From: Octopus vulgaris
Lineage: Eukaryota
Direction: 5' to 3'
Length of the DNA: 64,000 bases
Assembly (NCBI GenBank): GCA_951406725.2
Contig: OX597816.1
Span: 64,790,001-64,854,000 of the forward strand
Positions 42,146 through 55,580 of the stretch are shown one piece after another (position 1 is the first letter of the stretch; each line of letters starts with the position of its first letter). The notes under the pieces were generated by a model. The model had not been told where the DNA came from. It saw nothing but the letters and a program-made list of their open reading frames with translations, and ran no database searches. Position numbers and translations under genes: made by a program.

Positions 42146-43909
42146 CACCATCATCATCATCATCATCAACATCATTTATTTGAACCATGTACGAAGGGTT
42201 TATCTGGGTAGCGGGTTACAAGAAAATAGGTTTTCATTTAAGTTTTTTATTGCAGAAACATTGAAATGTATTTACATCGTGTCTAAACTATTTAGGAAAT
42301 GAAGAAAGTAAATGCAAAATAACTAATGGGAGACCTAATCCGAATGCTTGCAACGCAGTAGATTCCGCTAAAGGCACATCAAATTAGCATTGTTATCCTA
42401 CAGTGAAACTTTAAACGTGATATTTGGGAGAGGAAGTTCCTTTCTCCGAAGTCGACGGATTTCCTCAATGTTTCTATCTACAAAATTTTTTCATAAAAGA
42501 TTTACTCATTACGATTGTACGGTAGATGGCACTTGCCCCAGGATTAGAGCAAAGACGATAAAATCACATCTAGTCTGTTATTTAAAGCTCTCTTAATGAC
42601 ATGGCAATGGTTGTGCCCATATATCTATTTTAATTCCTTCATGGAAGATACAATTTCGGGATTATATATGCCACGTAACAATTTTGATGAGGTTGTTTTA
42701 CAACCAAGTGGCTTTTAGTGTTCTATTTAGATAGGGAAACGGTTGTTCACAGAGTCAGTTACGACGTTAAGGATCTGGTTCAAAATTTATGTCTCTCTAT
42801 ACTCGCCATTCTAGTAACATATATAGAAATAAAAATTTATATAATGTAAATGTAAATTCTGCACAGAAAAGAAAATATCAGTTTGGGGCACGAGCTCTTC
42901 ATAAAGATAAAAGGAAGAAAGGGAGAGAGAGAGAGAGAGAGAAAATTAAATAATAATAATAATAAATGAATATAAAAAATAAACAAACAGAAATGAAATA
43001 TGTGTGTGCTGTTATAAAGCAGTCATTGTAGCCGATATGTTATATTCCTACTGCAACTTCAAAGCTTTTTGAACATTACATAACATTTTAGATTTATCTA
43101 TGATACACTAGACTAACTGCTGTTAACTTCAATATGATGAATTACACACTTGTATGGCATACTAAATCTTCCGTCTGATGCTTTTTTTCTCTAAAATTGT
43201 ATCTAAAAAGAAACTTGTGGAGGAAAAAAGTTTAAGAGAAGTTATTGATTAGAATTTCTTCTTGTAAATCTCATACTCTAGAGGAATAGAGAAGATCTCA
43301 GTACACTAGCATGGCATCAGATACTGAGGCTTATATAAAACCATGTTGTCTTTTCAGTTGTTTCTGCAAGTAATGCGGATACTGATACTATTACCTAGGG
43401 AGCTTTGTTGGAATCGTTGGGTATATATGTCGTAATTGATAGTCAGATGAATGCAGTGATGCCAAATTACCAACAACCAGGTGTATTAATTATAAAACCA
43501 GTGTTTCATAAACTAAGAAAGACCGTGAGCTGGGAAAATCTTTAGCACACGTAACGATTTCTACCCGCTCTTTATATTCTGTGTTCAATTCCCCCCGAGG
43601 TCATTTGATCCTTTTTTTACCCCCTTCGTGGTCGCTAAAATACAGTACCAGTCAAGTACTAGGAGTCGGTGTAAACAATTAACCCACACTTCTAAACTGG
43701 TGGCCTTGTGCCAAACGTTTGAAACAATTAACCTCTATTCTTCATTGAACGTAAATTTTATCTTCAAATGTTTAAGTAAAACAAAAATGTTGGCATGTTG
43801 AAACATTTATTTTTTCTTTCCGTTAATTCTTCCTATTCAAAATAACATGCGTCTGGTATCTCATTGATAGAGCATATAATGTAGAGTATTACTCATTTCC
43901 AAAAGTGTC

Positions 43910-44279
43910 TCTTTTACTCTTTTACTCTGTTTACTTGTTTCAGTCATTTGACTGTGGCCATGCTGGAGCACCGCCTTTAGTCGAGCAAATTGACTCCAGG
44001 ACTTAGTACTTATTCTATCGGTCTCTTTTAACAAACCGCTAAGTTACGGGAATGTAAGCACACCCCATGGTTCTCAAGCGATGTTGGAGGGACAAACACA
44101 GACACACAAGCATATATACACATACACATATATGCATATATACGACGGGCTTCTTTCAGTTTCCGTCTACCAAATCCACTCACGAGGCTTTGGTCGGCCC
44201 GAGGCTATAGTAGAAGACACTTACCCAAGGTGCCACGTAATGGGACTGAACCCGGAACCATGTGGTTGGTAAGCAAGCT
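43910..44279 (-). mobile_element. SINE family A, truncated in its tRNA head by the adjacent LINE
   Basis: Reverse complement of family A ending at ggtaagcaagct. Confidence 0.9.
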
Positions 44280-44886
44280 CACTTTATTTCGTAAAATTTG
44301 CCATGAAGGTATTACAAAGAGGGCAGACAAACATAAAGACAGACAAACGAACAAGGACAGACGAACAAAAAAATGTGTAGTAGTTGCTATAACGTTTTAA
44401 AATTAATGATGATAAATATATGATACAATTTAAAAATTACAAATTACTATTTACAAATCACAATTTACAAATTACTAATTACCAATTACATGATAACATG
44501 TTACTCATTGCGATTTGCAATGATTTCCTTGAAGGAAAGGCATCCGATCCCCAGGGTAGAACCCTTGCTTTCTCTTTCTTTTTTTCTTCTTTGGACTCCA
44601 CTTACCTGGTGCCAATTGCTCCCAACTTCCTTGCCACAGGCTTCCATTTTCTTATGAATCTATCTCGTGACAAGTACCTCTTCTCCAGCCTGATCTTACT
44701 ACTGGGGTGATAACTAAAATAGTTAACCAACCCTTGACTGGTTAATTAGGTACCCGTCACTATGCGTCTCACACGCGTCTTCCATACTGTTTCTTTCAGT
44801 ATGGCTACTACGCAGAAAAAGCAAACCTTCCTTTCGCTGTTAAGGGAGGGAGGCGGCGCAATCTCGATGATAGACTCAGCTGAGAG

Positions 44887-45447
44887 CTATACCCTTCCCA
44901 TCGATGACAACAGTTGTTCTGTGAAAGACATCAGTCCCGTTAATTCCTGACATTCCACAAATGCCTGCATTTTTCTGTCCCACCCGTACCTCGGACATGT
45001 CAGCGAGACAACACTTCCGAGCCATGACAGTTTATCACAAAGAAGTAATGCGGCACGGAAGCACGGCCAAGGCAGGGATTTCTGGTAAATATTCAGGTAC
45101 CCCGGCCCGAAAGTTCTCCGAACAGGTCGATCACAAGGTGCATAGATTCCGATCAACTTGAAGGCCTTGCCGCTGTATGTCACAAGAACGACCAGCCTAC
45201 CTTCAGGGTCTACATAGACTGTACTTGTCCGCAGAGCCAAGTCTTTCCGGACCCGTACTACTACACCCCCTCTCCCTCTGTCCTGGCTAGGAGACATGAT
45301 ATTCTCATAGTTATTCAGGAGGGGCGAGAAGGCTTGTAGGCTGTCCAGCTTGGTCTCTGTAGCAACCATCACATGCATATCGTGTGATCTGAGGTCGTCA
45401 ACGAAACAAGCTTGCTTCCACTTCGAGCTCAGACCACGCACATTCAA
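44887..45447 (-). pseudogene. APE endonuclease N-terminus fused to the zf-RVT region (RT absent)
   Basis: A single 186-aa frame goes from IGIYAP to QKSLPWPCFRAALLLCDKL...TCPRYG. Confidence 0.75.
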
Positions 45448-45949
45448 ACACCCAAGATTAAGTGTAGCCGAAACAAGGAAAAATTACAAGGGTTCTACTT
45501 ACCCTTCACAGGTGATGTTGGAGATGACCTCACAACACATGAGGCAACACTTTCCTCCACCTTCTTCAAATATCCTGGAAGGTCGGGATACTCTGATGGT
45601 CTTTGGATGCCTGACCTTCAGTTGCCTGTAGAGGCCTTCACCTATCCAGGCACATCTTTATCTTAAGTCCTTGTTTTGTTCAAAGAGCGTGGTGGTGTGG
45701 TGATCTTTTGCAATGTCCTCAACGTATTTTTCTCTGGTGTCATATTTTACCAGAGTTTTCTGTTCCTTATCTCGTTTTTTCCTTTTTTTCCTTGTGGGAC
45801 AATGGGACGGGTTCGTTTCTTTTACTTTTTTGTGGTGTGGTGCTTCCTTTTTCGTTTCCTTCTGTGGGGGATGTGGATGGGGAAGGTGCGTGTGTTCGTT
45901 TCCGAACTGCTGTGAACTCCCCCTCAACCACCTCCATGGTCTCGTCCGG

Positions 45950-46880
45950 GGGAGTTAATGTTCTGGTTCCACTTTAGAGGGGGTGGGTGTTTTTGACGTC
46001 GTCGGAACTTGTGTATGCATGGGCTGGGATTTTGGGGTGTCGTATTTGGGGGTGAACACCACAGATAGGGGTGTGGGAATGTTTGTTTCTGTGTGGGCTA
46101 ATGCATGTGCGAGTTAGGGGTATTTTTGTTTGTAATTGACGAGCCTGCTGTCTGCGCCACTTTTCTTTTCCATTGTTCACAATCTACACGGGTGTGGCCT
46201 TTTTTGCCGCACTCGTAACAGGTTGGCTTTTTGCCAGCTACTTTTATTCTGAGGGCGATATCCTCACCCAAGAGGACCATCTCTGGAAGCATTTCGATAT
46301 CTTCCTGAGTTCCCTGAATAATGGCAGAAATGCTCTACCCGAGCCAGTTTTGTGGGACAGAGCGTGTGATCTGAAGGAAAACGATTTTGTCCGTCCTGTT
46401 ATACAACAGGGCGGTCATCACCTCCCTTACATCAACTTCAGGTGGCCCTTTTGTCACTCTTACTCGAACAGTTCCTCTCCCCATGTAGGTTGGCAGAAGT
46501 ACCAACTCCTTTGTTTTCAGGGGACTCACTGAGTGCTCTTGGGCTTTTAATTCTGTTTCAAATCTGGTCTCTACTGGACCATAATTACGGCCCCTTGCTA
46601 TATACTTTGTCTTGCCATATGGGAGCCAGACAGTTTTCAATTTTGCACTGCTCAAAGTGCTTAAATTTCTTTGTTGAAGGACAGTATGTTTTGAAAACAA
46701 CTGTCGTTCTTTATCAATTTTTCAACACTAGGTGAGGGTCATATTTTTATATCCCCCTCCTCTTCTTTCATTCTTTCAAAAAGCTCGGAGAGCTTTTCCA
46801 TTGGTAGTTCGACGTTCTTCAGTAGCCACCGTGGTAACTGCTGAAAATTTCTTAACTAGCTCTTCCAGTGAATTTTTCTC
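45950..46880 (-). pseudogene. LINE ORF1 (gag-like, CCHC), frameshifted
   Basis: ORFs 46335-46700 and 46098-46292 with GKKPTCYECGKKGHTRVDC. Confidence 0.75.
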
Positions 46881-46942
46881 TGAAATTATTTCGACCGACA
46901 TATTCGTTCGAAATAAATTTATATACAATTTAATCCAGAAAA

Positions 46943-47301
46943 CGGGAAACCTATAATTTTTTACTTTTTTTCCTCTCAACGAGTACAACAGTTCAAATTC
47001 CACCCCCGTTGGGGGGCGAGACGTAACAACAAAGCCTATAACGGTCGAAATTATATTTTTCACTCAATAATATAATACGGTATCCCCAAAAAACGGGAAA
47101 CCTATATATATGTTTTTTTTCTTCTGTTTTTTCCTCACAATGAAGACAACAGTTCAAATCTTACCCCCGCTAGGGAAGGGGTGCCACAATGAAGCGTACA
47201 ACGGCTAAAATTAAATCTTTTCACACAATAATAAATTGATTATTCCAAAACGCGGGAAACCTATAATATTTTTTCCTCTTAATGAGGATAACAGTTCAAA
47301 T
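46943..47301. repeat. ~2.3 tandem monomers of 151-159 bp at the LINE 5' end
   Basis: cgggaaacctata at 46943, 47094 and 47253; aacagttcaaat in each unit. Confidence 0.85.
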
Positions 47302-47549
47302 AGAAGTAGTACACACATGCAAGACTTGGCTGTCAGAATGGAATAGTTGCGGCTAAATTAATCTTGGGTCAAACCTGATTAGTGACACCTCTGACACACA
47401 AGACATTCATATCTTGACCCTTCATTTGTTTATTTTTTACATACATTGTGTCGACGATCACATTTTCAAGACAATTAGTTGTAATTCGAAGATAAACAAC
47501 AATGTCCAACAGGCTGATAGCTCATGATGAGGTACTCTGTTTACTAGAA

Positions 47550-47780
47550 AGGTGGCGAGCTGGTAGAAACGTTAGCACGGCGGGCAAAATGCTTAGCATT
47601 ATTTCGTCTGCCGCTACGTTCTGATTTCAAATTCCGCCGAGGTCGACTATGCCTTTCATCTTTTCGGGGTCAATTAAATAAGTACTGGTTACGCACTGGG
47701 GTCGAAATAATCGACTTAATCCGTTTGTCTGTCCTTGTTTGTCCTCTCTGTGTTTAGCCCCTTGTGGGTAGTAAAGAAAT
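47550..47780 (+). mobile_element. SINE family B with 20-bp TSD
   Basis: aggtactctgtttactagaa at 47530-47549 and 47781-47800. Confidence 0.93.
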
Positions 47781-48034
47781 AGGTACTCTGTTTACTAGAA
47801 GTAGAATAGTTGTTTACCTATATTGATTCTCACTCTATTTCATCTATAAAGCCACCTGATTCGCATTGTTCATGGAATATTAAACCAATTTGTACTCGAT
47901 GCCTCTCACTATGTCGTTCGTCTCTCATCATTGTGTGTCTTTTGAGGGAAATATCATAACACCGTTTGTCTGTGATTTGCAGGACATTTTTTCCTATGAC
48001 AGCATAATTTTATGAAATGTCATTGACTCATAGT

Positions 48035-48420
48035 AATAAGTGGCAGTCTGGTAGAATTATTAGGTCGGCGGTAAAAAGTGTCTTATGGTGTTTCTTACGG
48101 TTATACTTTCTGAATTTCAGATTTGCCTTCTTCCTTTCGGTGTCGACACAATTATGTACCAGTTTAGTATTAGGTTGACTGTGTCTACTCCTTCATAAGT
48201 GCTAGCATTGTGCCTAAAGTAGAAATAAATATTCATTTGTTTAAAGAGAGTGCTAGATCGGCAGAAGCGTTGCAATGTTTTTCCAACATTCGCGTTCCGA
48301 TTTCTAATCCATGTTTAGTCAACTTTGCCATTCTTTCGGGTTCGATAAAATAAAGTACTAGTGACGTAGTAGTGTCTACACTATCTACTAACACCTTCCT
48401 TATAAAGTTGTTTACTTCGT
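48035..48420. mobile_element. Two old SINE B-like copies (+ then -)
   Basis: gtggcagtctggtagaat...cctttcggtgtcgac and tttgccattctttcgggttcgataaaataaagtac; orientation of the second copy is uncertain. Confidence 0.45.
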
Positions 48421-49805
48421 GACTCAATTATAAGGGAGCTGTTTCTTAAATCACGAAGACTTTGACTTTTGAATTAAGTTTCATTCAACTAAAAATCATC
48501 TAGAAATTACATTTAAAATTTTGAATCTCTAGGAAATGAGAATATTGTTGATTAAAGAAATCGTGTCACAGAATAACTTTCGTTACATAACACAATCAGA
48601 GATAACAGCTGAAGGGCAGTTCTGTCTACGTTTAGGTTATTGTTAAAACCCTCGATTAGATCTGTTTAAGGAGGCACGCCAGTTATTCAGAACCATCCCG
48701 TCTATTAAATGTATATAAGGAATATATAATCCCAAAGTTCCTTTCTTTTCTTTCTTTAGGATATATTTTAAGAGGTGTCTGGCTCCTTTTTCTAAGAGAT
48801 AGTGCGACCATATTGAGAGTGCTTCCTTCGTTTGATGTAACCTTACGTTTATTACTGAAGCGAGAAAATATCGGAGAAAGTTCGGAGGCTGCCAAATATA
48901 CACAGGATACAATTCCAGTTTTTAAACAAGTTAGAAGGGCGTTGATTTAGTCATGAGAAAAAATGAGTTGTGATATTTTCTTCTTTTTTTTCCCCTTTCC
49001 TTTTTTGTGTATAATGGGTTCAAATCCTGCTGAGGTCATTTTGCTTTCATCGTTTTAGGGCCGATAAGATATCAATAAAATAGTGGAGTTGGTGTCATCG
49101 ATTATCCCGTCCCACAATCATCAAAAGAAAAATTATGACCTTAGAGACAATTATGTCGAAGATGTTAATGATGCTCTTTAATTTCAAGTGTGTGAAGATC
49201 GAGGTGAGTTCTGATAAGGTATTCCAGCAATTAACATCCTGTCTATGGTATATCAATGTCTAGATTATGTATCCTTTATTTTAGACACTCGAAGGAATTT
49301 GAGAATATTAGGTTGAAATCTCTAGCAGATTGATTGACTGACTAGGATTTCCCTACGTAAATACAATACTACGAAATATAGTAGAAACTCGTGACTCCTA
49401 TTCAACTGCAGTTCTAAACTCAATAAATTATATTAGTGATTCTAGGGAGTTAAAAAATGAACGAATTCCAAGAGATGATGCCAAAGAGGATAAAGCTGTT
49501 TAACTCTTTAGAGTTCAGATTACTCGGTCACATTCAATGTTTATTTCTTCCAATTATTTTCAATTAACCCTGCATTACCTTGTAACTTCAGATTTTGATG
49601 ACGTGACTGCTTGAGGCTAAGTGTGAGAGGCCTGATCTGGCCACTTCGCCCATAAAAAATGCAAAATAGTTTGGCCTTATATGGCCAGTTTAAATACTGC
49701 TTAATTAACAGCTAAATTTACATCAAATTACATCCGTCCATGTGAAATTAATGGACAGAATGACTAAGATGCCCTCACACACACATCTATACATCTATAC
49801 ATACA

Positions 49806-49881
<76 letters not shown>

Positions 49882-49991
49882 TTATTAGAGACAAAACCAC
49901 TATTTTGCAAAACAAACAAGGAAAGACTTAATCAATACATAAAATTTTAATAAATAGTCAAAAAAACCGCCACTATATATATATATATATA

Positions 49992-51263
49992 CATGTTGGA
50001 CAAAATAATAGAAACACCTTAAAATTTCAAGCAAATTTATTTTAATATGAAGTAGGATCATCTTTGGCATTAATTACAGCTTGAGTTATACGAGATATGG
50101 ACTCATACAAAGTTTGAATGGTTTCCAAAGGAATGTTTGGCCATTCTTCAGATAAAATAGTCTCCACTTCTTGTAGTGCTGATGGTGAAGGATATCGACT
50201 CTTTACTTGTTTTTCTAAAGATCACCATAAATATTCCATAATATTGAGATCTGTGGACGTTGGTGGCCAGATACGATGTTCAACTTCACTAGAATGTTCC
50301 TTGTGACATCCAGTAACAACTTTAGCTGTGTGAATTGGTGCATTATCATCCTGAAAGATTGCATTTCCCTCTGGAAACAGTTCTGCAATAATAGGATGAA
50401 TTTTATCAAATAAAAGGCTTAAAGAGTCTTGACTATTAATTCTATAATGAAAGGAAACCATTGGGTCGGCGGATTTCAAAGATATAGCCTCCTACATCAT
50501 CACAGATTCTCCTCCATGTTTAACAGTTGGAAGAAGGCAGTCTGGATCAAATGCTTCTTTTCGCAGTCTCCACACGTATACTCGGCCGGTGGTCGGAAAT
50601 GATGTAAAGGATGACTAGTCCTAGAAAATATCATTCTTCCACTGCTCTAGGGACCAATTCTGTAGGTTATTACTCCACTTTAAACGCTTTGGGACGTTTG
50701 TTTTTCGAAGTAGTGATTTTCTGATTGCAGCTCTCTGGTGAAATCTGGCTTTGCTCAGCTCCCGGCGAATAGCTTTTGTGGAAATTGTGTTCTCGGGGTG
50801 GTCATTAAACTCTGCAGTAATTTTGGGAGCTGTACTTTTGTGATCCCTTCTAACAATCCGAGTAAGAGTCCGACGTTCCCTATCAGAAAATCCTGATTTT
50901 CTTCCGGAGTTTTGTTTCGACGATGAGGTTTTTCCTTCTTACTCAACGGCTGTCATTAACTTTAAGACTGTGCTTCTTGATACACCAAACATTTCGGCTG
51001 TTTTCGTTACGCTAGCGCCTGCCATACTAGCACCAACAATTTGATATATATGAAAGTCCGATACATCTGTCATGTTAATGAATTTTAATTACCTTTTTTG
51101 TGATGATATCTGAAAGGAAACAGCAATTTTACCAAAACATATTAACATATTAAGCAACACTAAAAATAAATAAAAAAACATAAAAATAAACAAGCTTTTG
51201 AAGATTTTATAGATATTTCAAAATTATAATGGTTGATGTTTCCATTAATTTGTCCAGCACTTG
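49992..51263 (-). mobile_element. Tc1-like DNA transposon with DD36E spacing, full length, inactive
   Basis: TIRs ca(ggt)gttggacaaaataatagaaacacc / gatgtttccattaatttgtccagcacttg inserted at TA; FQDDNAPIH...WPPTSTDLNIMEYLW. Confidence 0.92.
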
Positions 51264-53020
51264 TATATATGTATATATATGGCAAGATGTCGTTCAGTTT
51301 TCTTTCGTCTATAAACTTTTAAGCACTACCTATCAATCAGCAGCCATTACAGTTGATGTAACTTGCCCAACGTGTCTAACCGTAGCTGCGGAGTAGAATT
51401 TCTCAATGATTTCAGCCAGGTTTGCGCTCATAATGAATTTATGCTATGTCACGAATCTGTCTTATTCAATTGGTTATTATCGAACGTGTGCAATTCTGAA
51501 AATATATTAAGATATTTAGTCAAGTAATCTCAAGTTGATTGACTTAATTCAGGTAAGCTGACGCTGTTTATACATTTTTGAAATTAAATATTTATAGAAT
51601 AGCTTGTTAAAAAAAAAATGTCCCCGTACGAAACGAAACATGATTTTCTAAAAAAAATCATAAAACAATTTTACAATTTTATGCACCAGTTGTAATATAA
51701 CTATTACTTTCGGTAATACGTTTGTAAATTAATAAATTATTCCTTTCAATATGAACAGACTTGTTGAATCAAAATATTAAAGAATAAAATATTGTAAAAA
51801 AATTTTAAAAAGAGATACTTCGCATCGATTTTCATGTCTAGAAAATATTTAATCAAAACGAATAAATGGAATAGACTGGGGCAATAACTAGCATGGAAAA
51901 TAAAAGAGAAAAATAGACAATTTAGTGGAAAACACATAACGTAAGAAAATTATTATTAATAATACCTTTTCAGATTTTGTATGTTCAAAAATGTTCAATT
52001 TTCCCTTTAGATTGAATTTTTAACTTTTTAATTACTTTCTTGATTTTCTTGTTTGAAGGAGACCGCTGCTGATATTTAATTATTCTAACCCTGATAAAAT
52101 ATGTTGCACTAATTATTTACTGGCAACACATGTCGAGAAAAATCAAAGTACTTTCGATTTAGATGCTATTCAACTCAGAAATTGAACTTTATTAGAATGG
52201 TGGTGGGGGAAGAATCAATAAAATGCCATCAATTATAATTTTTTTACCCCAATTTTGGGCACATATTTAGGTTCATGAATTCTGTGCTTTTGAAGTAAAA
52301 TTTTTGATGAGGTAATATAAAAATAAATGGAGAATATGATGTGTTGTGTTATACTTTGGCTTATATATTTCTTACATCATGACAATATATTGCCTGAGAC
52401 AAATATCCAATCGATTACTTCACGATTCCGTTTACATTTTCATCACTCTTGGATCGATAACATCAGTCCATGGCGTCTACTTGAGTGTCTATCTAAAACC
52501 TATCTCTTCTACGTAGATATATAGTATGAATTGAGTCATATACATGTGGCGACTGAATTTGTTCAAATCCATACTTTGTAAAAGAGAGGATGGATTTGAA
52601 TTCAAGTAAAGACTTTCCAAGACACTAAATTTTACGGGAAACCAAGATTTTATAGATGAATACTATCAATTTAAATGTAATAATAGTAAAAATGATGGTT
52701 GTTGCCTCATTTGAATTGGAAAACGAAATCGTTTCATACCTAGAGATCATTGGTACAACTTACTAACAACTGGACTCTTGATTTACAATAATCCTCAATG
52801 TTTCTTCATTAATATTATAGGTATTTTAAAGCAGTGGAAGGTGCTAGTTTCAGTCATTAGCCTGCAGCCTTGCAGGGCACTGTTTTGAGCGGTTTACTCG
52901 AAGAAAACGAATCCTAGTGGGCTGTTTTTGCCCAAGAGCTAATTTATGGGAACGTCAACAAACCAGCACTGGCAGTCGATTGACAAACTCAAACACCAAG
53001 CAACACACACACACACACAC

Positions 53021-53072
<52 letters not shown>

Positions 53073-54176
53073 TTTGTGAAAGACATCACATGTGTGTGCG
53101 TGTGTGTATGTGTGTGTGTGTGTGTGTAAGTGCCCTCCTAAAAATTCTCAAAAGGAGCGTGCGCTTCCGGTGAATGTGAACAGTAATGTGTAGGTGTTAC
53201 CATGCTGATATGTTATCTACCACAGGACACAGTTGATGGTACGGTAGCGAATGCTTCCTGCACAAAGATGTATGAAAAAATCCACAATGCAAATGCTATC
53301 GCCATCGTATTGTCTAAACACATGTTTCGTTAAAGGGAAGTGGAAAAAAAGAACAGCTAACCGATGTATTATTGTACTATCAAATTGTTTTCTGCAGCCG
53401 ATGTGCACGGCAATTACAAGGTAACTCAGAGACTCAGTTATTTCTTTCCTGCACATGCATACATATATATGTGCATGTGTATATTTGAGTTCATATGTGT
53501 GCGCCGCATGTGTGTAAAAGAATTACTTGAGGGAAAATTAGTGGCTGTTGATTTCTTGACGTTAGCGTAACAGATTGATAGATACCGCACATAAAATTAA
53601 GTACTAAGGTGGATTTGTTTAGACCAAAGTCACCTCAAGGTGATGCTCCAGCAGAAACGTAGTCGAATGACTGAAACAAGTAATATATATAAGATATCTG
53701 TAATATTTTGCTACGAGGTCACATATTCATAGCAAAATGGATCGAATCATTCCTTCACCACATAATCGTTCCCTTAATGTACCAAGAAGCAATTTTTACT
53801 GTCCTTACAAATTTAGCCTTTAAGTTAATCATACCATAAATTATTTTTAAATCTTGCCATCTGGAAACCAATCACTTTTTAAAGTAACACCTTTGAAATT
53901 AATATTTCGTATCACATCCTACGCATATGAATTCCCCAGGAAATTATTTCTTTTGAAAGAACAAAGAACAACAACGAGGTATGATATGTACTATACTAAA
54001 TCCTCAATCAATTATTCCTCGATTTTTTTACCGACTCTCTCAACATTATTATGTCAACAAAGTCTAATTCTCCATTAGTGCCAAAATTGGATTTTGTGAA
54101 AAGCCATATTTGTTTCTCATTTTACTTTTATAATGAAACTGTTTTCGCCTGTCATTAAATTAACTGACACACACGA

Positions 54177-54238
<62 letters not shown>

Positions 54239-54244
54239 TATATA

Positions 54245-54278
<34 letters not shown>

Positions 54279-54396
54279 GATGGATGGATGGATGGATGGA
54301 TGGATGGATGGATGGATGTTTTTTTCCTGTATGAATATACATATATATATATATGTGTGTGTTACTGTTTATATCCTTATCATCATTATAATTATT

Positions 54397-54942
54397 AAGG
54401 GGGCGAGCTGGCAGAAACTTTAGCACGCCGGGCGAAATGCGTAGCTGTATTTCGTCTACCGTTACGTTCTGAGTTCAAAATCCGCTGAAGTCGACATTAC
54501 CTTTCCTCTTTTCGATAAATTAAGTACCAGCTACGCACTGGGGTCGATGCAATCGACTTAATTTGTTTGTCTATCCTTGTTTGTCCCCCTGTTTCTAGCC
54601 CCTTGTGGGTAGAAAAGAAATAGGTATTTCGTCTGCCGCTACGTTCCGAGTTCAAATTCCGCCGAGGTCGACATTGCCTTTCATCCTTTCGGAGTCGATA
54701 AATTAAGTACCAGCTACGCACTGGGGTCGATGTAATCGACTTAATCTGTGTGTCTGTCCTTGTTTGTCCCTCTGTTCCAAGCCTCTTGTGGGTAGTAAAG
54801 AAATAGGTATTTCGCCTGTCACTACTTTCTGAGTTCAAATGCCACCGAGGTCGATGAAATAAGTGCCAGTCACGCACTGGGCTCGATGTAATCGACATAA
54901 TCTCTTCCCCAAAATTTCAGCCCATGTGTCTATAGCAGAAAG

Positions 54943-54943
<1 letters not shown>
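54397..54943 (+). mobile_element. SINE family B concatemer (head + ~2.5 body units)
   Basis: Unit start gtatttcg at 54447, 54624 and 54807; ends in a short alternative tail and (ATT)n. Confidence 0.88.
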
Positions 54944-55003
<60 letters not shown>

Positions 55004-55562
55004 GAGTGAGAGAGTAGTGCATGCCATCAAAGTGACACTGGGCTAAAATATACGAAGCCCAGTATATCCATCATGGCTACCCGTCTGATAAGGGTACACC
55101 AGGCACATGCATCACAATCAAATGTGCGCGACATGGCGATCTCATGTCAACATAAACAGTGCATGACCTTGCAGGTGGGGCACAGTTAGAATTTTCTTCT
55201 GATCGAGTAGCCCATCCTACTCAAAAGGTCCTTGAATAAGGATTGTTTAAAGATTTTGGACGAACCACCCATGTTTCCAAATTTGAATTATCCAAACCTC
55301 TAAGAATTCCTTTCAACACACGGGTATGATGCTCCCCCACTACTTCTCCTCGTAATCAGAGATGCACATATCGTCAGCCACTAAGAGTCATGCTCAACTG
55401 GTTAAGGTCAAACAAGTGACCAGTAAATCTGTGGTATTGAGCAGAATATTTGCTGTTAGCCCATCTTTTATACCAAGACAAAACAATATACATGATAACA
55501 CTTCCAATCAGTTAAGATCAGAAGCCATGAAAGCTAATTTATGGTACTGCATCAGGGCATTG
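55004..55562 (-). mobile_element. Element C, full length (~560 bp), in (ATT)n
   Basis: Homologous to 41564-42105 and 6247-6420; ATT tracts on both sides. Confidence 0.88.
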
Positions 55563-55580
55563 TTATAATTATTATTATTA

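Larger units (their letters stand above)
44280..47301 (-). mobile_element. Tx1/L1-group LINE with 5' monomers, ORF1 and an internally deleted ORF2
   Basis: ORF1 fragments including the zinc knuckle CYECGKKGHTRVDC; ORF2 starts LNVRGL...VATETKL...RGGV...DPEGRLV...LIGIYAP (APE); C-terminus homologous to 16772-17210; AATAAA at the 3' end. Confidence 0.9.

Noticed and set aside
53398-53420. Possible 23-nt micro-exon (ttttctgcag|...aag|gtaact)
   Set aside because: Such splice-like pairs arise by chance in 64 kb; no supporting exons or transcript data
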